Source: Klebsormidium nitens
Lineage: Eukaryota > Plantae > Klebsormidiophyceae
Reading direction: 5' to 3'
Length of the DNA stretch: 64,000 nucleotides
Assembly (NCBI GenBank): GCA_000708835.1
Contig: DF236964.1
Location: 62,001 to 126,000, forward strand
Position numbers and translations under genes: made by a program. Under the pieces are notes generated by a model that searched no databases, was not told the origin of the DNA, and worked only from the letters and a program-made list of their open reading frames with translations. Shown piece after piece: positions 39,801 through 50,289 of this stretch. Each line of letters opens with the position of its first letter. The first letter of the stretch is position 1.

Positions 39801-40721
39801 TAGACCCTCGAGAATTTTAATCGCCGCTTGAAAGTGTCCATGCATGATCATTTCAGAAGCAAAAGAGAACCGGCAGACGCAGGAAAAACTGAAAGCTAGC
39901 TAGGCTGCGCGGGAGCCCCAATCAAGTTGGGAACGGAGTGGAGGTGCACCGAGAGAAGGCAGCCTGTACTTTTGCTCACCAGTAAAGGACGGTCCCAGGA
40001 ACTTGTCGTTCTTTAGGGAAGTCACCCGTAAAAGGTTGCCAAGAGTCCTTGATCAGGCTGACGTAAGATGGCACGCGCTCTGCCGGAAGGATGTTCGCAG
40101 AACCTTCTTTGAGGTCGAGACTGAGGAGTAAGCGGCCACCCCCGGGGAAACTCCACCCTGGCCCAGTGGAAGAAAGGACTCGCGGGTGGACCAGGTATCT
40201 CTTCCCGCCTGTTGCAGACAAAGCCTTGTGGTGAGCTTCTCAAGGAGCTAAATCTTCGCTACCTTCCCTGTCAGTTGGACGACTTTCTGGGCGGCCGAAA
40301 AGCGCGCTCCGCTGACCTGCCACCCGGATCATTTCCAAGAGAGCAGCAAGCAACGGTCATTTGCTCAGTGCTTTCCGTTCTGTTACGGTTGACTAGACGT
40401 TTTGTTGTGCTGGAAAAGCTGAACAAACCACCCTTCTACAAAGGGAGGCTGTACTCCATTGTTGAGTCCTTATGGATGCAAGGAGATTGAGGAATTCTGA
40501 CCTTCAGCTGCGTTCTTGAAGCGCGCGAGGAAGCCAACCCCCGCTTCCAAATGCAGCTTGGCCCGTGCCTCCAGAACTTTCTGGTGACGCTTGCGGATCT
40601 CCTGCTGCTCATCCTGTGCCTTGGTGGATTCGGCTGTGGACGACTTGCCGGCCTCCCTTTCAGCTTTCTCTTTAAGTTCCTTCTTCAGATTGTAGTACGC
40701 ACTCCCCAAGGTCACCGCCAT
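36889..40721 (-). CDS. Uncharacterised protein, paralogue B (C-terminal CPHTYDGTVAGCIA)
   Basis: Exons 40502-40721, 39980-40208, 39264-39531, 38640-38801, 38224-38339, 37696-37822, 36889-37260. Intron phases (1,2,0,0,2,0) are the same as in paralogue A. Shared motifs include HQxVLEARAxLxLEAG, SAAHxMYRMxCLFPSL, LLxSDACLHPCGVVAGSIDPR and PLCAAISSGxLLYRL. Confidence 0.85.
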
Positions 40722-41704
40722 GTTGAATTTTGCTCGCTAAGCCTGAAAAGCAGGCTCGATTTGAGGGTTGCTTGCAATCAGCCGTCGTAGAAGAATCTAG
40801 TAAGAGATGATTGCATTCTGATTGACTGGATTCAAAAGACCCTCCTTTTCTGCTTGCCGCCTACCTAGGTTAAAAATCAATCTACCAGCTTTGATAACCC
40901 CATCTACAACGAGCTGAATCAATCGAAATTAGATGTGCTTGTCACGAAGTGAAAGCGTTTTCTGTCACCAATCTTGATTTCGGTTGTCCTCTATTCTCAA
41001 ACTGCCAAGATGACCTGATGTTGAATGTAGACAAAGTAGTCAGAATAAATGCATCTTACCTCAAGGCTTGTTCAAAACTACACTTGGCGAGCAAGAGACA
41101 GCCTGAACGAGGAGATTGGCTTCTGTAGGGGACCGACAATAGGACGGTGCTGACAGCCGCAGGCTTTTATGCCATTTAAAGCTCCGCATGTATAAGGCAG
41201 AAAAGTGAAAGGGCTCCCAAATCAAGCTTTTGCAGATAGTTTCAAGAGGATTTGTCTTTCAGAAGTGCAGCAGCGAGCACTTGCATCAGAGCACTAATTG
41301 GATCATTGCTTTGTTCAATGCTTTTCGACTTCAGCAGTTGTGATCTGGCAGGTGTCTGGCAGAATAGAAGAAGACTTGAAGCCACATAGAGCCAGATGAT
41401 TTTTGTATTTCGAAAGACAGAGGCGATGGCGCCCTGCTTTCAGAGGGACTAAGTATCTAATTCAGCACACGGGCAGCCCAGGGACAGCATTAGATCTACA
41501 GATGATTGAACACATCTCTCCTTAAAGGTGAAGTTCCGCCATACCAGTACTTACGTCTCTGCAGGTAAGCACATAGTATTAGTGTACCTATATCAGAAGG
41601 TTGGTCTTCTTAGGACGCTCCCAGGACGCTCACCGGCCGGTTGTTTTCACGGAAACAATTCAGCGCCGGTTAGAGATGATAGTTCTCTTTGACCAGACAC
41701 GTCA

Positions 41705-44700
41705 ATGGCAGTGTTCCGCTCTGCCCGGCTCCGGCGCATGTTGTAAGCCCCACGTCGTTGTCTTGCGCCACTGCCTTCTGCTGTTTTGTTCAAGAAGTAC
41801 TTGCCGTAGCATCTGTGTCACTGTACTGCTGTGCAGCAGACCTGCTGTGCTTTGTGCGCCTATGCGTACACTAACACGTGTACGTACGTTTGCCATGCAG
41901 AGGTCACTTTGGTCGATTGCCTCGGCGCCGCGGCTCCGCGAAGGGTTCCAGTTTTGCCCAGGTTGGTCCGAATAACACTCGGACGGGTCGTGACACAGTT
42001 TTGTATCCCAGCGGACGTCCGAGTTACATGGCAGCGGCAGTAGCTGAGCTGAGCTGGGGACCTTAATTAGCCTAATAGGCCAATAGGCTTCGGAAGTTGG
42101 AAGTGGGACCTTGCTCGCTTGATATTTCTTTCTTCCTGCGCTCTCTTCTTCCCCACTCACGACAGAAACATACCTGCTTCACACTTGCCCTCTCGTGGAG
42201 TGACTTTGCGAAACGCTGAACCAGGCATACATTGCTCGAGCGATGGACGCATCACCAGAGAAAGTGGCCAAAATCATAGATGGCATTGCAATTGCAAAGG
42301 ACATCCGTTTGGAGATTACGTCTGATGTGCAGAAGATGAAGGAGGTGTACGGCAAGGTAAGTTTGAATTGTCGAGTTCCTCTGCAATGCATGAAAGCCGA
42401 GCTTTACAGCTTCGGTTGACATTGGGCTGAAGCTAAGCTGGTGAAATGTAAAGCCTAGAAATCAGAAAACACGTCGGCCCGCTCGTCCTAAACCTTCTGA
42501 GAGGTACTCTTGTGATAGCATTGAGCTTTGAAGGTTTGTTAGTCTGGGCAAACTCAGACCTGTGTGTCAGCTTTTTTGGCAACTCGTCAAAAGGTCTGAT
42601 TGAGAACATGTGATGGTTTGACTGGGGCATCAAGCTTTTTGTCGGAGTTGCATGGGTTATTGCATTAAGTCAGCTCATCTCAGCAACTCAGGGATATCAG
42701 TAGCAATGCATTGCCCATTTAGCAGCTCTTGGAGGACCGTTCCAGCTGACTTTTCCAAAACATGATTGGCGGACAGCCAACGCCTGGGGCTAGCGGCACC
42801 AAGAGAGGTTGACGTTACTGAGGTCGCAGCTGTCATGCTGTTCTTCTTTGAAGGAGATCAGGGGATTGTGAGAAAGTTGAAGGATAAGTGACGGCGCCTG
42901 ATCACTAAGCTGTTGCACATGCGAGCTGAAGTTGATGGCTGGCCAGCCTCACCGCGTAAGATGCCGGAGGCAATCTCTGTATACAATTAATCTGTCCATC
43001 AACAAGTCCAGTCATGATTGCGGTTAGAGGAACACTCCACAGATGGCAGGCGCTCTATCAGCATCACATCACTGTGTTTACATGGTCATGCCATCCAACT
43101 GGCGGTCCTACCTGTAAGCTGTCTCAGTGATTCCTGCAATATTTTCTGCTTTGGTTGAGCAACCGTCGAGTTCGAGTTAAAGAAAAACAGGGCAAATTGG
43201 CATCACAATTGGAAAAGAGAAAGGAGTGAGCAGAGCAGGCAAATCAATCCCTTTGTCAGCCATCAAGGAACGAACCAGTTCTTAAAAGAGCTTCCACTGT
43301 TTTTCTGCAGGTTCCAGGCTTGGCCGTGATCATTGTTGGAGAGCGGAAAGACTCCCAAACGTACGTACGAATGAAGAGACGGATGTGCGCAGAAGTTGGG
43401 TTTGTCTCCTTTGACAAGGACATGCCAGGGGACGCTTCTGAAGAGGAGGTGCTCCAAGCAGTAAAAGCTTTCAATGAGGACTCTGCAGTGCATGGTGAGT
43501 CGTGATTGTTGAGGATTGTTTTGTCTTTCTGCTTCGCTCTTTGGACTTAGTTGCTTCAACAACTGACTGAGAGAGAGGATGATCGAGAAGAGACAGCCAT
43601 GCTGATAGAGGCTAGAAGGTTGATCAACCAAGGGCTGCAGCTGTTCCTGCAAGTAGCTGAGACCCTTTTTTAGAAGCGGTGTTCATAAGGACCTAACGAG
43701 GAAGAAAAGACGCAAACTCTGGGTTTGGGAGAGCCCCGTGAAGCTGCTTGTTAAACTCGGAGGATTTGAAGCGCTTCGGAGCGCCAACTTTTCCATTCTC
43801 TGTACGCTGTCTGCAAAATGAGTAAACTTCCCCCTAAATTGTTCAACAATGGCGCCTTAATAATCAGACTTGTTGCTGCTTCTGCTCTTGTATTTTGGTG
43901 AGTTTGCCTTTCGTCTCAACCTCGCATCTTCCAAGATCATCACATAATCCAGTCAAGACCCCCTCGGTGTCATTGCAGTGCATGTACTGTAGTCAGAGAC
44001 CAAGGTATAGGCACCCCGGAAAACGAGCCTTCTCAAATGACAGTGTCGATCTTAGGCTCCCTTCTCGTCCAGAACCGTCTCAACCTCACAGAGAAATTGA
44101 ACCCACAGAAAGTGCAACCTCATTACAAAGGCCACGACATCCTCTCTCTCATTGAGTTGTTCTTGTGTTTCCCCCCAGCTAAGTTCTTCATGCAGTAGCT
44201 TGCAACCGCGTAACTGAAGGGACTTCCTTCCAGGCATCCTCGTGCAATTGCCGCTGCCGAAGCACATTGACGAGCAGACAGTCCTGTCAGCCATCAGCCT
44301 GGAGAAGGACGTCGACGGTTTCCACCCGCTGAACATCGGCCGACTAGCTATGAAGGGCCGAGACCCGCTCTTCGTTCCATGCACACCTAAGGTAAGCGGC
44401 GTGTCTTGAGAGTTGTTGAGGCGGCTTGTTAGACTGACTATGTTCTGCAAGTCAAAACATTGGTGCTCTGGATTCTGACTTGGTCTCTTTCATGCAGTCA
44501 GCGTTGCACTGAGAAGACGTCAGGGCGTCTGTAGAGTTGACGACAGTGTTTCTTGCACAGTCAGTTGTGAGAAACGGTTGCGATTTCGGTTCAAAAACAG
44601 AGGTCGCAAAGTATTGCTGCCCTCAATTTTCCAACGGACTTATTGCGAGAATTTTCATGTGAGGTTCAGGTATTTTGGTCATACGAGGAGTCGCGGCTCG

Positions 44701-47066
44701 AGTCCGGACAATCTAGGCATCCGAGAAACATCCCGCCCCGCTTTGCTGTCACGTCCAAAGATGATACTTTTGTAGTGCTTTTTCAGTTGCGGTGCGTACT
44801 TCTTGGTCGTTGCAGGATCCAATCACACCACCTGAAAGTCTGCAAAGCCATGGAAACTGAAGTTGACATGTTCACTTTTGGAGGCTGAATGTGGATTGAC
44901 TAACGTCAGCAAGGCGCGCTGACTTGTGTAGCTGAATCGAAGTGAATCCAGCGCCATCTGGTTACAGATATGGCCAAAGAATCTTGATTCTGCCTGAAAG
45001 CAGGTCGGCTAAACCGCAGCAGGACTTGTCAAGCCGTTCTCCAAATGAGAAATCCAGCTTCTTTGCTTTCGAAGCCGTGACTGAACAGATAAACTTACCG
45101 TCCCCAACCGCTTGGCTGCTTGTTACGGTTCGTTTCTTCTTCCTCCCCAGACTCCTATGAAGCTACTCTTTCTGCGCACCAGAGCCGCCAAAGCTGCCAC
45201 GACGGCGCCCATCCGATGCCTCGACTTTTGAGCACTCACCGAAGATAATTCTTCGCTCGCAGGGTTGTATAGAGTTGCTCGACCGCAGCGACATCAAGAT
45301 CGCCGGGAAGCGCGCTGTCGTCCTCGGGCCTCACGATTCACCTATGAGCAATCACAAATATCCTTCTTTATCCTGCAGGGTTGTATAGAGTTGCTCGACC
45401 GCAGCGACATTAAGATCGCCGGGAAGCGCGCGGTCGTCCTCGGGCCTCACGACTCACTTATGAGCAATCACAAATATCCTTCTTTATCCTGCAGGGTTGT
45501 ATAGACTTGCTCGACCGCAGCGGCATCAAGATCGCCGGGAAGCGCGCGGTCGTTCTCGGGCGCAGTAACATCGTGGGCATGCCGGCCGCGCTGCTGCTAC
45601 TGCACCGGGACGCGACGGTGTCGATCGTGCACTCCAAGACGGAGGATCCTGCGAGTATTGTGCGCCAAGCGGACATTGTGATTGCTGCCATTGGGCGACC
45701 AGAGACGGTGAGAGCGCCCTCATTCGGCCATTTTCTGAACTGTACCTGTGCAATCCTGTGCGGCCGTACGGTAGATGGGTGATCATCGTGCATTTCAAGA
45801 CGGAACATCCTGCGAGTATCATGCACCAAGCTGACATCGTGATTGCTGCTATAAGGGGGCCGGGAGAAACGGTGAGGTCGTTTTTTTCGATCCGTAGATC
45901 CAACTATATCTGTTTCGGAAGACTTGACTGTTCTAAATCTTGTGCGGGCAAATGGTAAGGTTTCAAACGGTGGATCTGCCAGTATCGTGCAGGCAACAGT
46001 GAGTGTGATTGCCGCTGTAGGGCCGTTGGAAAGGCGGGGGGTCCCGTAAAAAGCCCTTTCTCGTCGGTGTCTGTCTTCCTTCCCAAATACTTGTGAATGA
46101 CTCCAGGCGGTCCTCTGACAGGCAACGAGAACTTTGAAGTCGGCTGCAACTCTAAAGTTGTCGTTCAACACTGAGAGCTGACTTCACGATTCCTGGTCCA
46201 AGCGACTTCTGCCCCAGAATTTCTTCTTGCCGAAGGGGTCTCAATTAAAAACAGGCTTTCTGAGCGCGCAGTATAAGCGCTGCCCACACATAATGATCAA
46301 AAGTGGTCCAAAACGCCGGAAGGGAACGCGCTTTGTTCCGATTCTGCTTTCCCTTGCCAAGCGACGCTTAGGAACTTCGCCTTCACCGTTCGAAAGTGTC
46401 AAACGATGTCGCTTGCTTTCGAGCCGACTTTCAAGTGGGTCGAAGTACTTTGCTCTTTCACCTCCATGGAGTGCCCGTGGCAGCCTGCGCCTCGGCCGGA
46501 TCTCAGACGTCGTTCTTCCGTACCCGCTGAGTCGAGCGCGAGAGCCCAGATTATGCGCCGCTTTCATCGTTGCCTAGTAGCGTTTCACCCAAAACCTGAA
46601 AACTCCGATCATGATCCGCTCCTGGTCCTTGCTTAGTCGTTTTCCAAAGCGTCTGTCCTTCTCTACTCCCTTCTAAGCACTCCCAAGAGTTCCTTCTGGT
46701 CGTGAAAGACCGGTTGAGGTACGGATGCAGAGGTTACAGAACCCAGTACTTGGCATAGCTCGTTCTAAGTACAACTTTCGCGTGCAGGTACGGGGCGACT
46801 GGATCAAGCCGGGCGCCGCAATCATAGACGTTGGGACGAACGCCGTTGACGACGCCAGCAAGAAAGCCGGTTACCGGCTTGTGGGCGATGTCCATTTTGA
46901 GGAGGCGTCAAAAGTTGCCGGTCATATCACCCCGGTTCCTGGGGGCGTTGGGCCAATGACCATTGCGATGTTGCTTCAGAACACGTTGAACAGTGCTAAG
47001 CGGGTATTGGCAAAGGAGGTGCCGTTAGAGAAGCTGGAGATTCGGCCCAAGCAAGTAGCCGTGTGA
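41705..47066 (+). CDS. FOLD: Bifunctional methylenetetrahydrofolate dehydrogenase/cyclohydrolase (FolD) with an Arg-rich, probably mitochondrial presequence
   Basis: Exons 41705-41742 and 41901-41961 (both tentative), 42225-42356, 43311-43494, 44234-44391, 45495-45707, 46788-47066. Motifs [72 protein letters not shown] and [13 protein letters not shown]. Confidence 0.96.
45247..45494 (+). repeat. Two 116-bp copies of the FolD exon-6 acceptor + exon start
   Basis: CAG|GGTTGTATAGAxTTGCTCGACCGCAGCG... starts at 45263, 45379 and 45495 (the live exon), an exact 116-bp period. Confidence 0.95.
45708..46035 (+). repeat. Copies of the FolD exon-6 3' end + donor
   Basis: 45782-45871 reads [30 protein letters not shown]|GTGAGG, against the live [29 protein letters not shown]|GTGAGA. 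A weaker copy lies at about 45960-46035. Confidence 0.85.
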
Positions 47067-48351
47067 AGTTAGGAAGATTTGAAATTGCATAGCTGTGTTT
47101 GACATGAGGAGTAGGAACCTTGCAACCAGCGCACGACTTCACTGCAACATGTAGAAATTCTTCACAGCCAATTCTCCCGTCCAATTCTTGAATCTTCCAT
47201 ACAATTAGCCTCGACTGCAGGCAGGCAGCCGCCTCTTAATTGCATTCATTCGTTGTAAAGCAAGCAGAAAACCTCGTGTGAGGCGCGTGAAGCACGGACT
47301 CCTGCATACACAATGAGTGTGTTAGTATCAAGACAACCATGCATCCCGCTGCCGGGAGGCCCGCTCCTTGATCCATTGCTATTAAGCCTTGAAGCTTGAA
47401 GCCGGAACTAGATGCGACCAGTCGTGACAACACTGTACGTAAGAAAGCACATCGGGCACGGAAGCGGAGATTGGGCGGCCGACGGTGCTAGCTGCCATTA
47501 TGTCACAAGCATGCAGGTTTACAAGCAGTGCTAGCTTGGCGTTCGCCTTGCAGCCGAGGCTTCATGACGTGCATGGCATGCGATTTTCATAGCCTAGGCC
47601 ACAAGCGCATAACCGAATAACGTATGATGATCATTAATTTCTGGATGCCCACTCCAGAAGGTTCAGTTTCTTCTGTCAATGGTCAATTCTTAGAGCATGC
47701 CAGGAGCGGAGAGACACCAGACCGCGGCCTGGACTGTGATCATGGCAATCATGCACGGGCTTCATGCCAGCGCAGGCGTGAAGCTGTGAAGTTAAATGGT
47801 TGCATCGCTCTAGTTACTCTATTATCCGTTAACCTTTGGGTTATGCCAGTCAGGTTATCTCTTTTACCACTACGGTAGGTATACAAAATTGCATGCGGGA
47901 GATTGGCCAAATTAAGCGGCCGGTTATTGCACGTCCGGTTTCTCATGCTGTTAGGGAACCGGTTCCCCTGATGTCACATGGCGTCTGTATAGTAGTGCTC
48001 CTCTGCTTTTGCGTCGCCAATAAATAGGCCCAGGTGACTAGGACATTTCCCGAACTGAATATATGCGTCAACGCTTCTCCCCGACCGGGGTGACTAATAT
48101 GATATTTCTGACGTCGCTAGAGCCTGAGGTTTCGTTTGAAAATGTGAGGGAGTGCTCAATCTGTGCGGCAAGCTTGCAGCTAGCAGCAGCGACACGATTC
48201 GTGGGTTGGGCGCATAACCACTTGCCCACCGCCTCTGGGCCCTGGTGAGCTGTTTGACATCACATTAGGATCAGGCCTTTACCTGCAAAGCATCGTCCCC
48301 GATGTGGTAGCTGGCGGGCGCCCTCCTGCTTTGTACATCCGGCAAGTAACC

Positions 48352-50289
48352 ATGACAAGCCAATCATCTCTGTCGATAGGGGCGCTCAATTTGGAGGAAG
48401 TGCCTGGGGGGAACGTTCTACGCAAGCTCGATGACAATGTCTTGGAGGCGATCCTGCTCCTCATCACCGACCCGCCCGATCGTGCGGCCTGCTCCCTAAC
48501 TTGCAGAACCTTCATGCAAGCGGAGCGCAACACACGGCAAACCCTCCAGCTGCGCTGCACTCGCGGCATGCTCCACCGCATCCCCCGCTGCTTCCAGGCA
48601 GTAACCGACCTCGACATTTCTAGGGTGATCCCCCGGGGGCAGCGCCCAGTCCTGGTCAGCACCACTCTTGCGCATCTCGCCAAAGGTTTTCCTCAGGTGG
48701 AGACCCTCACAATGTACACCGACTTTGCGCTCGCCGAAGAGGGGCTCGCGCCGCTGATCCGGGCGTGGCCAAACCTGCAGAGCGTTGTCATTCGGAATCC
48801 ACACCCTCGCTGCCTTGAAGGGCGCAAATACAGCGATGTGTGGGAGTCAGTGACGGCGAAAGGTGCGTACAGCGACATGGTCTCTGGCGGTCCCCTGGTG
48901 CTCAAATGGAAGCTCGGTAGTCCACCCCAGCCGTTACCCGGTGGTCTCCTCAATTTCCTGAGGCATTGCTACTTCCGTTGTATAGACCTCAGGATGCTGC
49001 TGGGGTTAAACCCCCCCGATTTGGTATCCCTTGGGGTCGACCTTTGGTATTGCGACGAGAACGTAGACCTTCTATCAAAGTTTACTGGTCTCCAATACTT
49101 GCGCATCTCTGATGATAATCCTGTTCGCCTGGGAGTTGAAGAGAACAGCAGGGCGTGGGGAGTGCTCTCGGACAGCAACTTTGGAAGGCTAGTGAACCGC
49201 CTCTCAAAGCTCAAAACCCTGGAAGTGACTCTTCGCCCCAGCCCCCGGATGACGGAGTTTGTCGTTACCCCCCACCTTGCGGCATCTCTGCGCAACCTGG
49301 TTATCCGCCTAGTGCCAACTGGTTACGCGCCCGATGGCAACTGCTTCAGCTTGAGTTCCATTGCGGCGTGCTCCGCTTTGGAGCGTCTCACATTAGGAGG
49401 GTCGTTAGATCTTTTCCGCCACTTCGAGGCGCTCGTTGACATCAGTGCCAGCTGCCGGCGCCTGGTTGCGCTTAATCTCCCCAACCTCACGAGGCGTCCT
49501 GACGAAACGCATTTGGAATCGGGCGGTGCGGATCTGTTCCGAGCTATGGCTGCAGAGGGGGCGACACTGACCGAACTTCGCGCGTCACGCCTTCCCGCTT
49601 GCGACTCCAGTTTCCCAGAAGGACAGACCGGTCACTTGCTTGACACGTTCACCCCCTTGAGCACAAGACTGAAAAAGCTCACGTGCATCATTCAGCAGGC
49701 CTGCCCAGTTCTCAGCGTTTCTGGCTGGCACGGCCTTGAGCATCTGAACCTGATATGGGGCGTCGACTCTGTTGAGATTCCGCGGATCGAAATAGATTGC
49801 CCCTCGTTGCGGGTTCTGGAACTGCGCGCTGCCCCTCGCGTCCGCCTCGCTTTCTCCCCCGATACCTGCGCTGTCACCTCGTTCACCTTCACACCACGGG
49901 GGTCATCTGCCAACCCGTTCGACGGGGACACGCTCGCTCTCCTCTTGGATGGGCTCTCAGCCGCCTTTCCTGCGCTGTCCGACGTCTCTCTATCTGGCGG
50001 TGCGTGTCAAGGAGATTACCGTCCCCCCAATCGCAGCGACGAGAAGCTCTGGCAAGATGAGCTCGTGCTAGAGGCCCTTGCGCAGTTCCCCTCACTGCGA
50101 CGCTTGTCTCTCAATGGTGGGAAGTTCACAGTCTCGCTCAATGACGAGCGTGCTCTGGATGACTTCAGCAACCGCATCCGCCTGCTGCTGCGCTGTCCCA
50201 AGCTGACGTCACTGAAGGTCCCTGCGATGTACGAGCACGTCCTCGAGCAGTCGTTTTACGAGGAACTGTACGGGCGTGGGGGGGCCTGA
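48352..50289 (+). CDS. Intronless F-box/LRR protein, MAX2/D3-like
   Basis: Single 645-aa ORF from the first ATG. It has an N-terminal F-box (LDDNVLEAILLLITDPPDRAACSLTCRTF) followed by ERNTRQTLQLR, IPRCFQAVTDLDIS, FPQVETLTMY, WPNL, WHGLEHLNL, DCPSL and ACQGDYRP. These are collinear with the corresponding segments of Arabidopsis MAX2 as I recall them. Confidence 0.8.
   Translation: MTSQSSLSIGALNLEEVPGGNVLRKLDDNVLEAILLLITDPPDRAACSLTCRTFMQAERNTRQTLQLRCTRGMLHRIPRCFQAVTDLDISRVIPRGQRPVLVSTTLAHLAKGFPQVETLTMYTDFALAEEGLAPLIRAWPNLQSVVIRNPHPRCLEGRKYSDVWESVTAKGAYSDMVSGGPLVLKWKLGSPPQPLPGGLLNFLRHCYFRCIDLRMLLGLNPPDLVSLGVDLWYCDENVDLLSKFTGLQYLRISDDNPVRLGVEENSRAWGVLSDSNFGRLVNRLSKLKTLEVTLRPSPRMTEFVVTPHLAASLRNLVIRLVPTGYAPDGNCFSLSSIAACSALERLTLGGSLDLFRHFEALVDISASCRRLVALNLPNLTRRPDETHLESGGADLFRAMAAEGATLTELRASRLPACDSSFPEGQTGHLLDTFTPLSTRLKKLTCIIQQACPVLSVSGWHGLEHLNLIWGVDSVEIPRIEIDCPSLRVLELRAAPRVRLAFSPDTCAVTSFTFTPRGSSANPFDGDTLALLLDGLSAAFPALSDVSLSGGACQGDYRPPNRSDEKLWQDELVLEALAQFPSLRRLSLNGGKFTVSLNDERALDDFSNRIRLLLRCPKLTSLKVPAMYEHVLEQSFYEELYGRGGA

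Noticed and set aside
45263-45494. 116-bp periodic repeats considered as a CRISPR-like repeat-spacer array (likewise the AMT and PP2C arrays)
   Set aside because: The units are copies of host exon and intron edges with no unique spacers, there are no cas genes, and the context is eukaryotic.
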